A DNA stretch of 64,000 nucleotides from a bacterium (GTDB lineage Bacteria > UBA8248). Under the pieces are notes generated by a model, which saw only the letters and a list, made by a program, of their open reading frames with translations, searched no databases and was not told the DNA's origin. The position numbers were made by a program, and so were the translations under genes. The DNA lies in the NCBI GenBank assembly GCA_965219955.1, contig OZ244799.1:2080001-2144000 (forward strand), written 5' to 3'. Below, piece by piece: positions 27,780-38,017 of this stretch (position 1 is its first letter; each line of letters opens with the position of its first letter).

Positions 27780-28511
27780 ATGTGCGGACGCTTCACGCTC
27801 ATCGAACCCATCCCCTGGCTCGCGGAAATCCTGGGGCTGGAAAACCCGGAAAGCGTGGGCAAGGTTCCGCCCCGCTACAACGTCTCGCCGGGGACGGATG
27901 TCGTAATCGTCCGCGCGAAAGAATCGAAAGAAAAGAACGAGAGAGAACTCGCCCTCGCCCGCTGGGGCCTGGTGCCCTTCTGGGCGAAAGACCCTGATTT
28001 CGGGGCCAGAACGATCAACGCGCGCTCGGAGACCGCCGCAGAGAAACCCGCCTTCCGCGCCGCATTCCGCTACAAGCGATGCCTCATCCCCGCGGACGGT
28101 TTCTACGAGTGGGCCGGGAGCGGGCGAAAAAAACAGCCCTGGTTCATTCATCTGGAGAACGGAAAACCCTTCGCCTTCGCGGGCCTTTGGGAGAGCTGGA
28201 CGGGTGCAGACGGGAGCGTTCTCGAAACCTGCACGATCCTCACGACGGAGGCGAACGAGAAGCTCGCCGAACTGCACCACCGGATGCCCGTCATCCTGCC
28301 CGAGGCGTCCTACCCGGACTGGCTGAACCCGCGCGAGAACCGCGCGAAGGTTCTGAAGCCGTTTCTCAAGCCATATCCATCCGAGGCCTTTTCGTATTAT
28401 CCGGTAACCGAGCGGGTCAACAGCCCCAGAAACGACGACGCGGCCTGCCTCGAAAGACGCGAGGAAGAGAAGGAACCGCCACAGCTTCAGGGATCGCTAT
28501 TTGGGGATTGA
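27780..28511 (+). CDS. SOS response-associated peptidase (SRAP/HMCES/YedK family)
   Basis: N-terminal MCGRF, 'RYNVSP', 'INARSET', 'RCLIPADGFYEW', 'HHRMPVIL'. Confidence 0.95.
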   Translation: MCGRFTLIEPIPWLAEILGLENPESVGKVPPRYNVSPGTDVVIVRAKESKEKNERELALARWGLVPFWAKDPDFGARTINARSETAAEKPAFRAAFRYKRCLIPADGFYEWAGSGRKKQPWFIHLENGKPFAFAGLWESWTGADGSVLETCTILTTEANEKLAELHHRMPVILPEASYPDWLNPRENRAKVLKPFLKPYPSEAFSYYPVTERVNSPRNDDAACLERREEEKEPPQLQGSLFGD

Positions 28512-28556
28512 GGCTTCAGGAACCCGTAAGGGTGGACCTGCTGCAAGGAGCTGTTG

Positions 28557-29377
28557 CCCCCCTTGCCAGGGGATAAAGGCAACCCCCCTACCCCCCTTGT
28601 CAGGGGGTCTTTTTGTTGTTCCCCCCTGTCGGGGGGTTGTTGAAAAACCCTGTTTCGGGGTCGGCGGCATGGAGGTTCACGCGGCGCAGGCGCGATGGTT
28701 TTGTAGGGACAGGCCTCCGTGCCTGTCCTCACGAAGGACAACCACGAAAGGCAGGACAGGCACGGAGGCCTGTCCCTACGAGCGAATGTGGTTTTGATCG
28801 TCATTCCGGCGAAAGCCGGAATCCATTTGCTTTACCTTTGTTTTTCTTTTTTGATTGATTCGCGCTAACGACGGGGAGATGAAAAACCGGTGTATCGTCA
28901 TTCTGCTTGAAAATGGATTCCGGCTTTCGCCGGAATGACGGCTGTGGTCAATTCCGACCGAGGATGACTTTTCAACAAGCCTTTGTCAGGCGGGGTTTTT
29001 CAACAAGCCCGTCGGGGGGAGGCCTTCTTTTTTATATTACCCCACCTCGCTGGGGTATTGCCTTTTTTTACCCCCCTGACAAGGGGGGGTAGGGGGGTTC
29101 CGCAGGGGCGGATCTATGTGTTCACCCGCTTGTGCTTTTTCGGAACCTTCCTCTTACCCGTAGGGGCGGTTCGCGAATCGCGGGACGATCTCGAGAAGGG
29201 CTTTGCCCTACCCGCTCAAAAAACCATTCATTTCCTCACCAGGTGGAATTGAGTGTAGGGGCCGCATATATGCGGCCCGTCGTTGGAAGGCGAAAAGGCA
29301 GGGTCGCATATATGCGACCCCTACATTGCCGTTACAAGAGAACACCCGCATGGGCGGACACACAGGTCCGCCCCTAC
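28557..29377. mobile_element. Nested MITE/REP mosaic D
   Basis: Left terminus at about 28633, right termini at about 28982 and 29010; GTAG-REP pairs, a GTCATTCCGGC pair, CCTGACAAGGGGGG arms, and extra GTAGGGGC...GCCCCTAC REP doublets at 29100-29377. Confidence 0.8.
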
Positions 29378-29415
29378 AGAAAACATCACATTATCAATTA
29401 CTTACAAGACAATAC

Positions 29416-30609
29416 TCACGAAATAGACGAACCCTCGGGCTGTTCTTCTATCGGCGCGTCCGTGGTGAGGCGCTTTTTCGCCGTGGGCGCGTAGCCGCCG
29501 CCCGCCATGGTGGCGGCGATCTGAATCACCTCGCTCATGGATTCGGGGATGCCCGAGGGATACGCCTCGTCGGGGCACTTGCTGTTCGCCATGAAGGCGC
29601 ACGGCTTGCACTCGATGCAGCGGATGACCTCCCCGTCGCGCCCGTCGAGCGCCTTGTTCGCATAGTCCGGGTCGGTGAGCAGGGCGCGCCCCACGCCCAC
29701 GAAATCCGCACCCCCGTCGAGATACGCCTGTATCCGCGCGGGCTCGAAGGCGGCCCCGTTCGCTACGAGGGGGACCTCCACCGCCTTGCGCAGCCTGTCG
29801 AAGGCGGGGTCGTACAAATCGGGCATGACGGGCAGGCCGACGCGCGCGTTTCGCGAGCAATGGAGGATGTCCACCCCCGCCTCCACGAGCGCGGGCGCGA
29901 GCGCCAGCGTGTCCTCCACCGTGAAGCCGTTCTCGAAGGGTTCCAGAAGCCCCAGGCGGTAGCTCACCACCATCTCGTCTCCCCCGCCCTCGCGCACGGC
30001 CTGCGCCACCTCGAGCGGAAAGCGCATGCGGTTCCCGAGCGCGCCGCCGTAGCCGTCCGTCCGCTGGTTCGAGGCCGGGGAGAAGAACTGCTGGCACAGG
30101 TACCAGGTGGCCCCGTGAATCTCGAGTATCTTTCCGCCCGCCTCGCGCACCCGCCGCGCGGCGTCGCCGTAAGCCTGGACGGCGGTCTTGATGTCCGCCC
30201 CGCTCATCTCGCGCGGCACCTCGTCCTCGGTGGGATGCGGGATGGGAGATGGCCCCACGGGCTCCATGCCCGTGATGGCGCTGAGCGCCGTCCTGCCCGC
30301 GTGATAAATCTGCACCGCGAGCGGCGCGCCGGCGTCTTCCACCGCCTGAATCAACTCGCGAAGCGCGGGGACGTGCGCGTCATCGTGCGTGCTCAACTGG
30401 TTGGGGAAACCCTTCCCCTCCTGGTTGACGTAGGTCGCCTCGGTGAAGCAAATCGCGGCGCCGCCTCTGGCGCGGGCCTTGTAGTGCGCGTGCGACCAGG
30501 CGGATGGCGCGCCGTCTTCTTCTGCGCGCGAGGTCGTCATCGCGGACATGAGGATGCGGTGTTTTATGCGCTGCCCGCGCACTTCGATGGGATCCGTGAA
30601 TTTAGCCAT
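29416..30609 (-). CDS. NADH:flavin oxidoreductase (Old Yellow Enzyme family) with C-terminal Cys cluster
   Basis: 'QIYHAGR', 'EIHGATWYL.QQFFSP..NQRTDGYGG', 'GRALL.DPD', 'CIECKPC.......C'. Confidence 0.88.
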   Translation of the reverse strand: MAKFTDPIEVRGQRIKHRILMSAMTTSRAEEDGAPSAWSHAHYKARARGGAAICFTEATYVNQEGKGFPNQLSTHDDAHVPALRELIQAVEDAGAPLAVQIYHAGRTALSAITGMEPVGPSPIPHPTEDEVPREMSGADIKTAVQAYGDAARRVREAGGKILEIHGATWYLCQQFFSPASNQRTDGYGGALGNRMRFPLEVAQAVREGGGDEMVVSYRLGLLEPFENGFTVEDTLALAPALVEAGVDILHCSRNARVGLPVMPDLYDPAFDRLRKAVEVPLVANGAAFEPARIQAYLDGGADFVGVGRALLTDPDYANKALDGRDGEVIRCIECKPCAFMANSKCPDEAYPSGIPESMSEVIQIAATMAGGGYAPTAKKRLTTDAPIEEQPEGSSIS

Positions 30610-30726
30610 GTAGAGAAATCTCCCGAAAATCACCCCAACGATCACCATCGCGGCGAGCCCGCCGGACCCGCCGCGATGCGATCTGAAAATCAGGAGGGCG
30701 GAAACTGCGCCCGCTCCCCGCTCGTC

Positions 30727-31521
30727 TTAGTTTTTCGCCAGGAAATCCTCGATGTCCTTCAAGGATTCCTCAAAGCACTGGATGAGGAAGAAGTGGCTCG
30801 CCTCCTCGTAAATCTTGATCTCACAACCCGGCACGCGGTCGGCTATCTCCTGGGAAGCGCTCGCCGCGCACAGCACGTCCTGCCCGCCCGCGAGGACGAG
30901 CGTCGGGCACTTCACCTCGTGGAGCCTGTCGAGCGCGTCGTGCGTGAGGCAGGCGTGGGTGGAATTCACATAGCCGGGAATGGGGCGGTCCGTATTGCCG
31001 AGCCCCGCCTCGAACGCGTCGAGCTGTTCCTGGTTCTCGTTGAAATACTTGGGCGGGAAGAAGAAGAGCGACTGGTGCATCGCGGCCGGGGCGTAGCCCT
31101 GGGCCTTGACCACCTCGTTGATGTTGTAGAGGATTTGATAGCCGTATCTGTCCAGCTTGCCGAAAGAGGCGGTGATGAGGAGGCTGCGCACGCGGTCGGG
31201 GTAGTCGAGCGCCATCATCTGGGCGATGGCTCCCCCCATCGAGCGGCCGATGACGTGCGCGGGCTCGGTGATGCCCACCGCGTCCATCAGGCCGATGGTG
31301 TCGGCCGCGAAATGGCTCGACGTGTAGGGATAATCGGGCGCGGAACTCCTGCCCGCTCCCCGGTTGTCGAAGGCCAGCACGCGGTAGTTCTTCTCCAGGC
31401 TATCGATCTGCGCCTTCCACGCGCTGCAATCGCCGGCGAGACCGTGGATGAGGACGACGGGAACGCCTTCCCCGTAATCCTCATAGTAAAGCTCTACGTC
31501 ACCCACCTGAACTTTCGGCAT
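30727..31521 (-). CDS. Alpha/beta hydrolase (RutD/PcaD-like)
   Basis: 'LIHGL', 'FDNRGAGRS', GRSMG, 'ASHFF'. Confidence 0.88.
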   Translation of the reverse strand: MPKVQVGDVELYYEDYGEGVPVVLIHGLAGDCSAWKAQIDSLEKNYRVLAFDNRGAGRSSAPDYPYTSSHFAADTIGLMDAVGITEPAHVIGRSMGGAIAQMMALDYPDRVRSLLITASFGKLDRYGYQILYNINEVVKAQGYAPAAMHQSLFFFPPKYFNENQEQLDAFEAGLGNTDRPIPGYVNSTHACLTHDALDRLHEVKCPTLVLAGGQDVLCAASASQEIADRVPGCEIKIYEEASHFFLIQCFEESLKDIEDFLAKN

Positions 31522-31629
31522 CTTGGTAATCCTCTTCTGTTAGTAAGTCAAAAAGCCGCTCTTCGGCCGCTTGCGGCCGCTACAGCCTGCTTGTGAGACA
31601 TTGGAGACGCTCTTATCGAGCGCGGGGAA

Positions 31630-32367
31630 TCAGCTCTTCTTGCCTTCGGCGCCCTCGGCGACTTTATCCATGAACTCCTCGTTGTCGAACACCCAGCCGA
31701 GGCAGCGCATGACGTTCTGCATCCCGAAGACGTGGAGGTCCGGCCCGTACATGCTCTTCACGCAGTCGGAGAGCATCACCACCCGGTAGTCGTAGTTGAA
31801 GGCGGTGAAGGCCGTGTTCAGAACGCAGGTGTTCGTGTTGATGCCCATGAGGCAGACGTTCTTCGTGCCCAGCGAGTCCAGGAGCATCTGGAGGTCCGTT
31901 CCCATGAAGCAGTCGAGGCGCTTCTTGTTGTCGATGACGTAGTCGCCCTCTTCCACCAGGGAGGGGATCATCTCGGTCGTCACCTCGCCCATGATGTTGT
32001 GGTCGTTCACCGTGCTCTTGCGGCCCAGGGTCAGGCGGTTCTTCTCGTCCTGAATGTCGTGGAGCGCCTTCCAGAAGTGGACCCGCATGCCCTCGCTTCC
32101 GAGGCCGGGGATTTTCCGGAAGATGAGCTTCACGTGGACGACGGGAATCCCGTGGCTTCTGGCGAAACCGAGGACTTCCTCCGCTGCGCTGATGACGCTC
32201 TCGCAATCCTCGTCACTCGCCGGCATGGTGGCGACTTCGGGGTCCAGGTGCCCCCGGTGCATGTCGATGGTTACGATGGTGGTTTCCTTCGGATCGAGCG
32301 ATATCATTTCCTTCAGCTGATCCGTCATTTCCGAGCGATCGAGAATCTCTACTTGTTGCGCGCACAT
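31630..32367 (-). CDS. Isochorismatase-family cysteine hydrolase
   Basis: Catalytic triad motifs 'IDM', 'KKRLDCF.GTDL', 'GINTNTCVLNT'; GAGGGG RBS. Confidence 0.88.
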   Translation of the reverse strand: MCAQQVEILDRSEMTDQLKEMISLDPKETTIVTIDMHRGHLDPEVATMPASDEDCESVISAAEEVLGFARSHGIPVVHVKLIFRKIPGLGSEGMRVHFWKALHDIQDEKNRLTLGRKSTVNDHNIMGEVTTEMIPSLVEEGDYVIDNKKRLDCFMGTDLQMLLDSLGTKNVCLMGINTNTCVLNTAFTAFNYDYRVVMLSDCVKSMYGPDLHVFGMQNVMRCLGWVFDNEEFMDKVAEGAEGKKS

Positions 32368-32581
32368 GGCTTCACCCCTCTTTGAGAAAAGATGGACAGG
32401 TTCCTGTTGAATGCTCATAGCATAGTACATATCGCCGGGATTGAAAACGGGGGATTGGGGCGGACTTTCGGGGCAAGAACGCGCTCAGCTTGGTATCCCT
32501 TACGTTCGGTAGTATCATCCTGAATCGGATGAGGAGCGTCACTCCACCCAAGATGGCACTGACTCGATTGGCTACGCAAGG

Positions 32582-33730
32582 ATGAGCGAAATGCTGAAGT
32601 TCACCAAATTGCGCCTGAAGAACTGGAAGAACTTCAAGAACGTGGAAATCGACCTCCAAAACCGCATGTTCCTCGTCGGCCCCAACGCCTCGGGGAAATC
32701 CAATCTCCTGGACGCTTTCCGCTTCCTGCGCGATCTCGCCTCATCAGGCGGCGGCTTCGAAGAGGCCGTAAATCGGCGAGGTGGAATGAACGCCATTCGC
32801 TGCCTGGCGGCGCGAAAAAAACCGGACGTCGAGATCGGCGTCGAGCTTCAAGAAGTCGAAGGACATCGCTGGAAGTATGAACTCGCCTTCCACCAGGACA
32901 ACCGACGCCGACCGCTGGTGCGCAAAGAACGTATTTGGCAAGACGACGAAGCGATCATTGACCGGCCAAACAAAGAAGATTGCAAAGATACTCAACGCCT
33001 GACGCAGACCTACCTCGAACAAGTGAATATGAATCAGCCGTTTCGAGATTTGGTTACTTTCTTTGCATCCATCCGCTACTTGCACATCGTGCCGCAAATC
33101 CTGCGCGAACCGGATCGGGCGCAAGGACACTCGAACGATCCTTTCGGCGGCGATTTCCTGGAGCAGATTGCGAATACGAGAAAACAGACCCAAAACGCAC
33201 GAATGAAAAGGATTCAGACTGCGCTTCGCGTGGCGGTGCCGCAACTCGAGGAGATTGAATTGACGCGCGATGAGCGCGGGACGCCCCATTTGCGCGGGAA
33301 ATACCGGCATTGGCGTCCTCACGGCGCATGGCAAAACGAGGAACAATTCTCGGACGGCACGCTGCGCCTGATCGGACTGCTCTGGGCGGCCCTGGAGACG
33401 GGCGGTCCGCTGCTGCTCGAGGAGCCGGAGTTGTCACTCCATCCGGAAATCGTGCGCATGCTTCCGCAAATGCTGGCGCGCGTTCAACGCCGCACCGGAA
33501 GGCAGATATTCATGAGCACGCATTCGCCGGAGTTGTTGCACGATGAGGGGATCGGTCTCGACGAGACGCTCCTGTTCCTTCCCAGGAAAGAAGGCACCGA
33601 GGTGGAACCCGCATCATGTGATGCCGATATCCCACACCTGTTGGAAAGCGGACTCCAACTCAATGATATCGTGCTCCCCAAGACGCGCCCTGCAAACGCT
33701 ACAGAGTTGTTCATGATCGCGGATGCGTGA
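32582..33730 (+). CDS. ABC/SMC-like ATPase (AAA_21 type)
   Basis: 'LKNWKNFK', Walker A GPNASGKS, signature FSDGT, Walker B LLLEEPE, 'STHS'. Confidence 0.9.
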   Translation: MSEMLKFTKLRLKNWKNFKNVEIDLQNRMFLVGPNASGKSNLLDAFRFLRDLASSGGGFEEAVNRRGGMNAIRCLAARKKPDVEIGVELQEVEGHRWKYELAFHQDNRRRPLVRKERIWQDDEAIIDRPNKEDCKDTQRLTQTYLEQVNMNQPFRDLVTFFASIRYLHIVPQILREPDRAQGHSNDPFGGDFLEQIANTRKQTQNARMKRIQTALRVAVPQLEEIELTRDERGTPHLRGKYRHWRPHGAWQNEEQFSDGTLRLIGLLWAALETGGPLLLEEPELSLHPEIVRMLPQMLARVQRRTGRQIFMSTHSPELLHDEGIGLDETLLFLPRKEGTEVEPASCDADIPHLLESGLQLNDIVLPKTRPANATELFMIADA

Positions 33731-34343
33731 AGCGTTGGCGGTTCCGGTAATCAAAGCCGCGGTTGAAGGAATCGTGGACGAAGCGGTCGTGAAAAAGCTC
33801 GTTGCGCACATCGGCGGTGCGACGAGCGGTATATACGGACGAAAAGGCAAACCTTTCCTGCGCACAAAGATCGGCGGCTACAACAACGATTCCCGGACAC
33901 GTCATACGCCATGGCTCGTGCTGGTCGATCTCGATAATGAAGCAGACTGCGCGCCTTCTATGCGCGACGGGTGGCTGCCCGACCCCGCAGATAATTTTTG
34001 CTTCCGAATCGCCGTCCGTGAGGTCGAGGCCTGGTTGATGGCGGACGCCGAAACTCTCTCTGGCTATCTAAGCGTGTCCATGAACCGGATACCCCGGATA
34101 CCCGAAAGCCTCGCTCAACCGAAGAACGAGATGGTCAATCTGGGACGCCGCTCACGCCGGAGGACTATTCGCGAGGATATGGCTCCTCGTCAGGAAAGCG
34201 GTCGCCGCGTGGGACCCGCCTATGCGTCGCGGCTCATCGAGTACGTCAATAACGAATGGCGCCCCGAAGTCGCCGCCAATCACTCGGACAGCCTGCGCCG
34301 GGCGATCATTTGCCTGAAGCGACTCGTGCAGACTACATCCTGA
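33723..34343 (+). CDS. DUF4276-like TOPRIM-fold protein
   Basis: 'AVEG..DE', 'LVLVDLD', 'IAVREVEAWL.AD', C-terminal 'SDSLRR'; overlaps the ATPase stop. Confidence 0.75.
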   Translation: MREALAVPVIKAAVEGIVDEAVVKKLVAHIGGATSGIYGRKGKPFLRTKIGGYNNDSRTRHTPWLVLVDLDNEADCAPSMRDGWLPDPADNFCFRIAVREVEAWLMADAETLSGYLSVSMNRIPRIPESLAQPKNEMVNLGRRSRRRTIREDMAPRQESGRRVGPAYASRLIEYVNNEWRPEVAANHSDSLRRAIICLKRLVQTTS

Positions 34344-34380
34344 TTCGGTTTTCCAAGCGGAATAAACCCGGTTTTTCACG

Positions 34381-34409
34381 AAAAAAGGCTCCCCGCGCGG
34401 GGGAGCCTT
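34381..34409 (-). terminator. Intrinsic terminator of the sdh operon
   Basis: Minus strand reads AAGGCTCCCC-CGCGC-GGGGAGCCTTTTTT. Confidence 0.75.
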
Positions 34410-34434
34410 ATCACAACTGACTGACAAGTAAGGC

Positions 34435-35181
34435 TTATTCGCCTCTCACCGTCGCGCGGATGAACTCGCGGTTCATCTTGGCGATGTGGCTGATGCTGAT
34501 GTCCTTGGGGCACATGGCCTCGCACTCGGCGTGGTTGGTGCAGTTGCCGAAACCCTCTTCATCCATCCTGGCGACCATGCTGAGCACCCGCTGCCCCCGC
34601 TCGGGCACCCCTTGCGGCAGGTGCGCCAGATGGGAGACCTTCGCCGCGACGAAGAGCATGGCCGAGCCGTTCGGGCACGACGCCGCGCAGGCGCCGCAGC
34701 CGATGCAGGCGGCCGCGTCCATGGCCGCATCCGCGTCGGGCTTGGGAATGGGGACCGCGTTGCCGTCCGGCGCGCCGCCCGTGTTCGCGGAGATGAACCC
34801 GCCCGCCTGGATGATGCGGTCGAACGAGGTGCGATCCACCACCAAGTCCTTCAAGACCGGGAAGGCGCTCGCCCGCCAGGGCTCGACCGTGATGGTGTCG
34901 CCGTCGTTGAATTTTCTCATGTGGAGCTGGCAGGTGGTCGTTCCGGAGAAACCCCCGTGCGCTCTTCCGTTGATGACGAGCGAGCACGCGCCGCAGATTC
35001 CCTCGCGGCAATCGTGATCGAAGGCGATGGGTTCCTTGCCCTCCTCGATGAGACGCTCGTTCGTCACGTCGAGCATTTCCAGGAAAGACATGTCCGGGAT
35101 GATGCCGCTCACCTGATAGGTCTCCAGCGTTCCCGTAGACTGCCCGTCTTTTTGCCGCCATACCCTGAGGGTGAGGTCCAT
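34435..35181 (-). CDS. sdhB: Succinate dehydrogenase/fumarate reductase Fe-S subunit
   Basis: '[10 protein letters not shown]', '[11 protein letters not shown]', '[13 protein letters not shown]'. Confidence 0.95.
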   Translation of the reverse strand: MDLTLRVWRQKDGQSTGTLETYQVSGIIPDMSFLEMLDVTNERLIEEGKEPIAFDHDCREGICGACSLVINGRAHGGFSGTTTCQLHMRKFNDGDTITVEPWRASAFPVLKDLVVDRTSFDRIIQAGGFISANTGGAPDGNAVPIPKPDADAAMDAAACIGCGACAASCPNGSAMLFVAAKVSHLAHLPQGVPERGQRVLSMVARMDEEGFGNCTNHAECEAMCPKDISISHIAKMNREFIRATVRGE

Positions 35182-37106
35182 TACTTGTAACTCCTCACGC
35201 TGAATTCAACTTCCTCGAATTCGAGATTTTCCTTGTGCAGTATCGGTCGTCCGCCGTTGCGCGGCGCCTCCCACGCGCTCACGTGGCTGAAATGCTCATC
35301 GTCACGAAGGGCTTCTCCCTCTTCGGTCTGATATTCCTCCCGGAAGTGTCCGCCGCAGGATTCCTCGCGCACGAGCGCGTCGTAGCACATGAGTTCCGCG
35401 AATTCGAGGAAATCGGCCACGCGCAGCGCCTTCTCCAGTTCGGGGTTCAGTTCGTCGCCGCCTCCGGGCACGGAGACGTTCTCCCAGAACTCCTCCTTCA
35501 GCGCGGGAATCAGGTCGAGCGCTTTCTTCAGGCTCTGGTCGGTGCGGGCCATTCCGCAGTAGTCCCAGCAAATCATGCCCAGTTCGCGGTGGAACGAGGT
35601 CACCGTGCGCTTGCCGTCGATGGAGAGAACCCTGTGGATTCTGTCCTTCACGTCGTCGGCGGCTTGCGTGAATTCCGAAGAATCAGCGGAATAATCGCCG
35701 GGCGTCAGGCTCGCGAGGTAGTTCCCCACCGTGTAGGGCGCGACGAAGTAGCCGTCGGCCAGCCCCTGCATGAGGGCGCTCGCACCCAGGCGGTTAGCAC
35801 CATGGTCCGAGAAATTCGACTCCCCCAGCACGAACAGGCCGGGGATGTTGCTCATGAGGTTGTAGTCGACCCACAGCCCGCCCATGGTGTAGTGGATGGC
35901 CGGGTAGATGCGCATGGGCACTTCGTAGGCGTTCTCGCCCGTTATCTTCTCGTACATGTCGAAGAGATTGCCGTAGCGCTGCTGCACCACGGGCAGGCTG
36001 AGGCGCTTGATGGCGTCCGTGAAATCGAGATAGACGCCCAGGCCCGTATCGCCCACGCCGCGCCCCTCGTCGCACGCCCTTTTCGCCGCGCGCGAGGCGA
36101 TGTCGCGAGGCGCGAGGTTCCCGAAGCTCGGGTACATGCGCTCTAAATAATAATCGCGCTCGTCCTCGGGAATCTGGGCGGGACCGCGCGGGTCGCCCTC
36201 TTTCGTCGGCACCCAGATGCGCCCGTCGTTTCTGAGCGATTCGGACATGAGCGTGAGCTTCGACTGGTGATCCCCCGAAACCGGGATGCAGGTGGGGTGG
36301 ATCTGCGTGTAGCAGGGGTTCGCGAAATAAGCGCCCTTCATGTACGCGCGTATCGAGGCGGTGACGTTGTTCCCCATGGCGTTCGTCGAGAGGTAGAACA
36401 CGGGGCCGTAACCGCCCGTCGCCATGATGACCACGTCCGCCGCGTGTTTCTCGATCTCCCCGGTCACGAGGTTTCTCGTGACGATGCCCTTCGCCTGCCC
36501 GTCGACCAGGACGACTTCGAGCATCTCGGTGCGCGAGTGCATCTTCACCGTGCCCGCCGCGACTTGGCGGCTCAGGGCCGCGTATACGCCCAGAAGAAGC
36601 TGCTGGCCCGTCTGGCCCCGGGCGTAGAAGGTTCTCGACACCTGCGCGCCGCCGAAGGAGCGGTTCGCGAGCTGCCCGCCGTATTCGCGCGCGAAGGGCA
36701 CGCCCATGGCGACGCACTGGTCGATGATGTTGGCGCTCACCTGCGCCAGGCGGTACACGTTCGACTCGCGGGAGCGGAAATCGCCCCCCTTGATGGTGTC
36801 GTAGAAGAGCCTGTAGGTGCTGTCGCCGTCGTTCTGGTAGTTCTTGGCGGCGTTGATCCCGCCCTGGGCCGCGATGGAGTGCGCCCGGCGGGGACTGTCC
36901 TGATAGCAGAAGCAATCCACGTTGTAGCCCAACTCGCCCAGCGTGGCCGCGGCGCCCCCTCCCGCCAGCCCCGAACCCACCACGATAATCTTGTAGCGGC
37001 GTCTGTTGGCCGGATTCACGAGCTTCATGTTGAAGCGGTGATTGTCCCACTTCTCCGCCAGGGGACCTGCGGGGACGTTTCCGTTCAGGCTGCCGTTCGT
37101 ATCCAT
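35181..37106 (-). CDS. sdhA: Succinate dehydrogenase/fumarate reductase flavoprotein
   Basis: 'VVGSGLAG', '[12 protein letters not shown]', 'QIHPT', 'HYTMGG', 'HGANRLG'. Confidence 0.95.
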   Translation of the reverse strand: MDTNGSLNGNVPAGPLAEKWDNHRFNMKLVNPANRRRYKIIVVGSGLAGGGAAATLGELGYNVDCFCYQDSPRRAHSIAAQGGINAAKNYQNDGDSTYRLFYDTIKGGDFRSRESNVYRLAQVSANIIDQCVAMGVPFAREYGGQLANRSFGGAQVSRTFYARGQTGQQLLLGVYAALSRQVAAGTVKMHSRTEMLEVVLVDGQAKGIVTRNLVTGEIEKHAADVVIMATGGYGPVFYLSTNAMGNNVTASIRAYMKGAYFANPCYTQIHPTCIPVSGDHQSKLTLMSESLRNDGRIWVPTKEGDPRGPAQIPEDERDYYLERMYPSFGNLAPRDIASRAAKRACDEGRGVGDTGLGVYLDFTDAIKRLSLPVVQQRYGNLFDMYEKITGENAYEVPMRIYPAIHYTMGGLWVDYNLMSNIPGLFVLGESNFSDHGANRLGASALMQGLADGYFVAPYTVGNYLASLTPGDYSADSSEFTQAADDVKDRIHRVLSIDGKRTVTSFHRELGMICWDYCGMARTDQSLKKALDLIPALKEEFWENVSVPGGGDELNPELEKALRVADFLEFAELMCYDALVREESCGGHFREEYQTEEGEALRDDEHFSHVSAWEAPRNGGRPILHKENLEFEEVEFSVRSYK

Positions 37107-37130
37107 ACCCTTCTCCTCACCAAGGGAGAA

Positions 37131-37808
37131 CTATTTCAACACACCCGCCAAGACGGCCAGCGGAATCGCCATGAAGCCGGCCGCGACGATCACGCCGCTC
37201 CAGGGGCCCAGCCGCTTGATCAAAGGGTTGTAAGAGGGATTGTTGATCCCCAGCGACTGGAACAGGCTCGTTACGCCGTGGCTCAGGTGAAGCCCCAGGA
37301 GAATCATCGAAACCAGATAAACGCCCGACACCGCGGTGTTCCCGAAGCCCAGAACCACCATCTTGTATACGTCGTGGCGGCCCTGCGCATCGTGCAACTG
37401 GGCGAACTCGGGATTCGTGGCGAACAGCGTGAAATGAAGCAGGTGGTAGGCGGCGAAAGCCAGCACCAGGAGGCCCGTCAACACGATGGAGCGGCCCGCA
37501 TAGGTGACCATCGTGGATTCGGAGACGGCGTAGGTCTGAGGCCGGGCCGCCTGATTCATGCGCCAGAGGCGCAGGGCCGAGCCGATGTGCACCAGGAACA
37601 CGACAAGAAGCCCTATGCGCGCCACCCACAGCAGTGCGCCCAGATCCTTGAGCCCCTTCGCGTAGGCGTTCGTCGCCTCGGGGCCTGCGAACATCAACAG
37701 GTTGCCGAGCATGTGGGCGATGATGAACAGGACCAGAAGAATGCCGGTGACGGCCATGGCGACTTTCGCGCCGATGGATGATTGCAGGACTTTCGCGAAC
37801 CTGCCCAT
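37131..37808 (-). CDS. sdhC: Succinate dehydrogenase cytochrome b558 subunit
   Basis: 'SSIGAK..MAVTG', four TM His residues, 'HGVTSLFQSLG'; first gene of sdhCAB. Confidence 0.92.
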   Translation of the reverse strand: MGRFAKVLQSSIGAKVAMAVTGILLVLFIIAHMLGNLLMFAGPEATNAYAKGLKDLGALLWVARIGLLVVFLVHIGSALRLWRMNQAARPQTYAVSESTMVTYAGRSIVLTGLLVLAFAAYHLLHFTLFATNPEFAQLHDAQGRHDVYKMVVLGFGNTAVSGVYLVSMILLGLHLSHGVTSLFQSLGINNPSYNPLIKRLGPWSGVIVAAGFMAIPLAVLAGVLK

Positions 37809-38017
37809 CAAATTGCTCCCCCAAAAGCAAAAAATCTCGAAATCGAGAGGGTTGATTCGTCTAATCGGGTGGCAATGTATAGTTTCGGGCGCAGGCGGTC
37901 AACCGCATTTCGGAAATTCCTCTTTTTTCATCAGACCCCGTTTCACCCCGTGGCTTATCGGCGTTTTTTGCGATATTTTAGGCTTGGAATTACTCCAAAT
38001 ATCCTGCAACCCACCCG

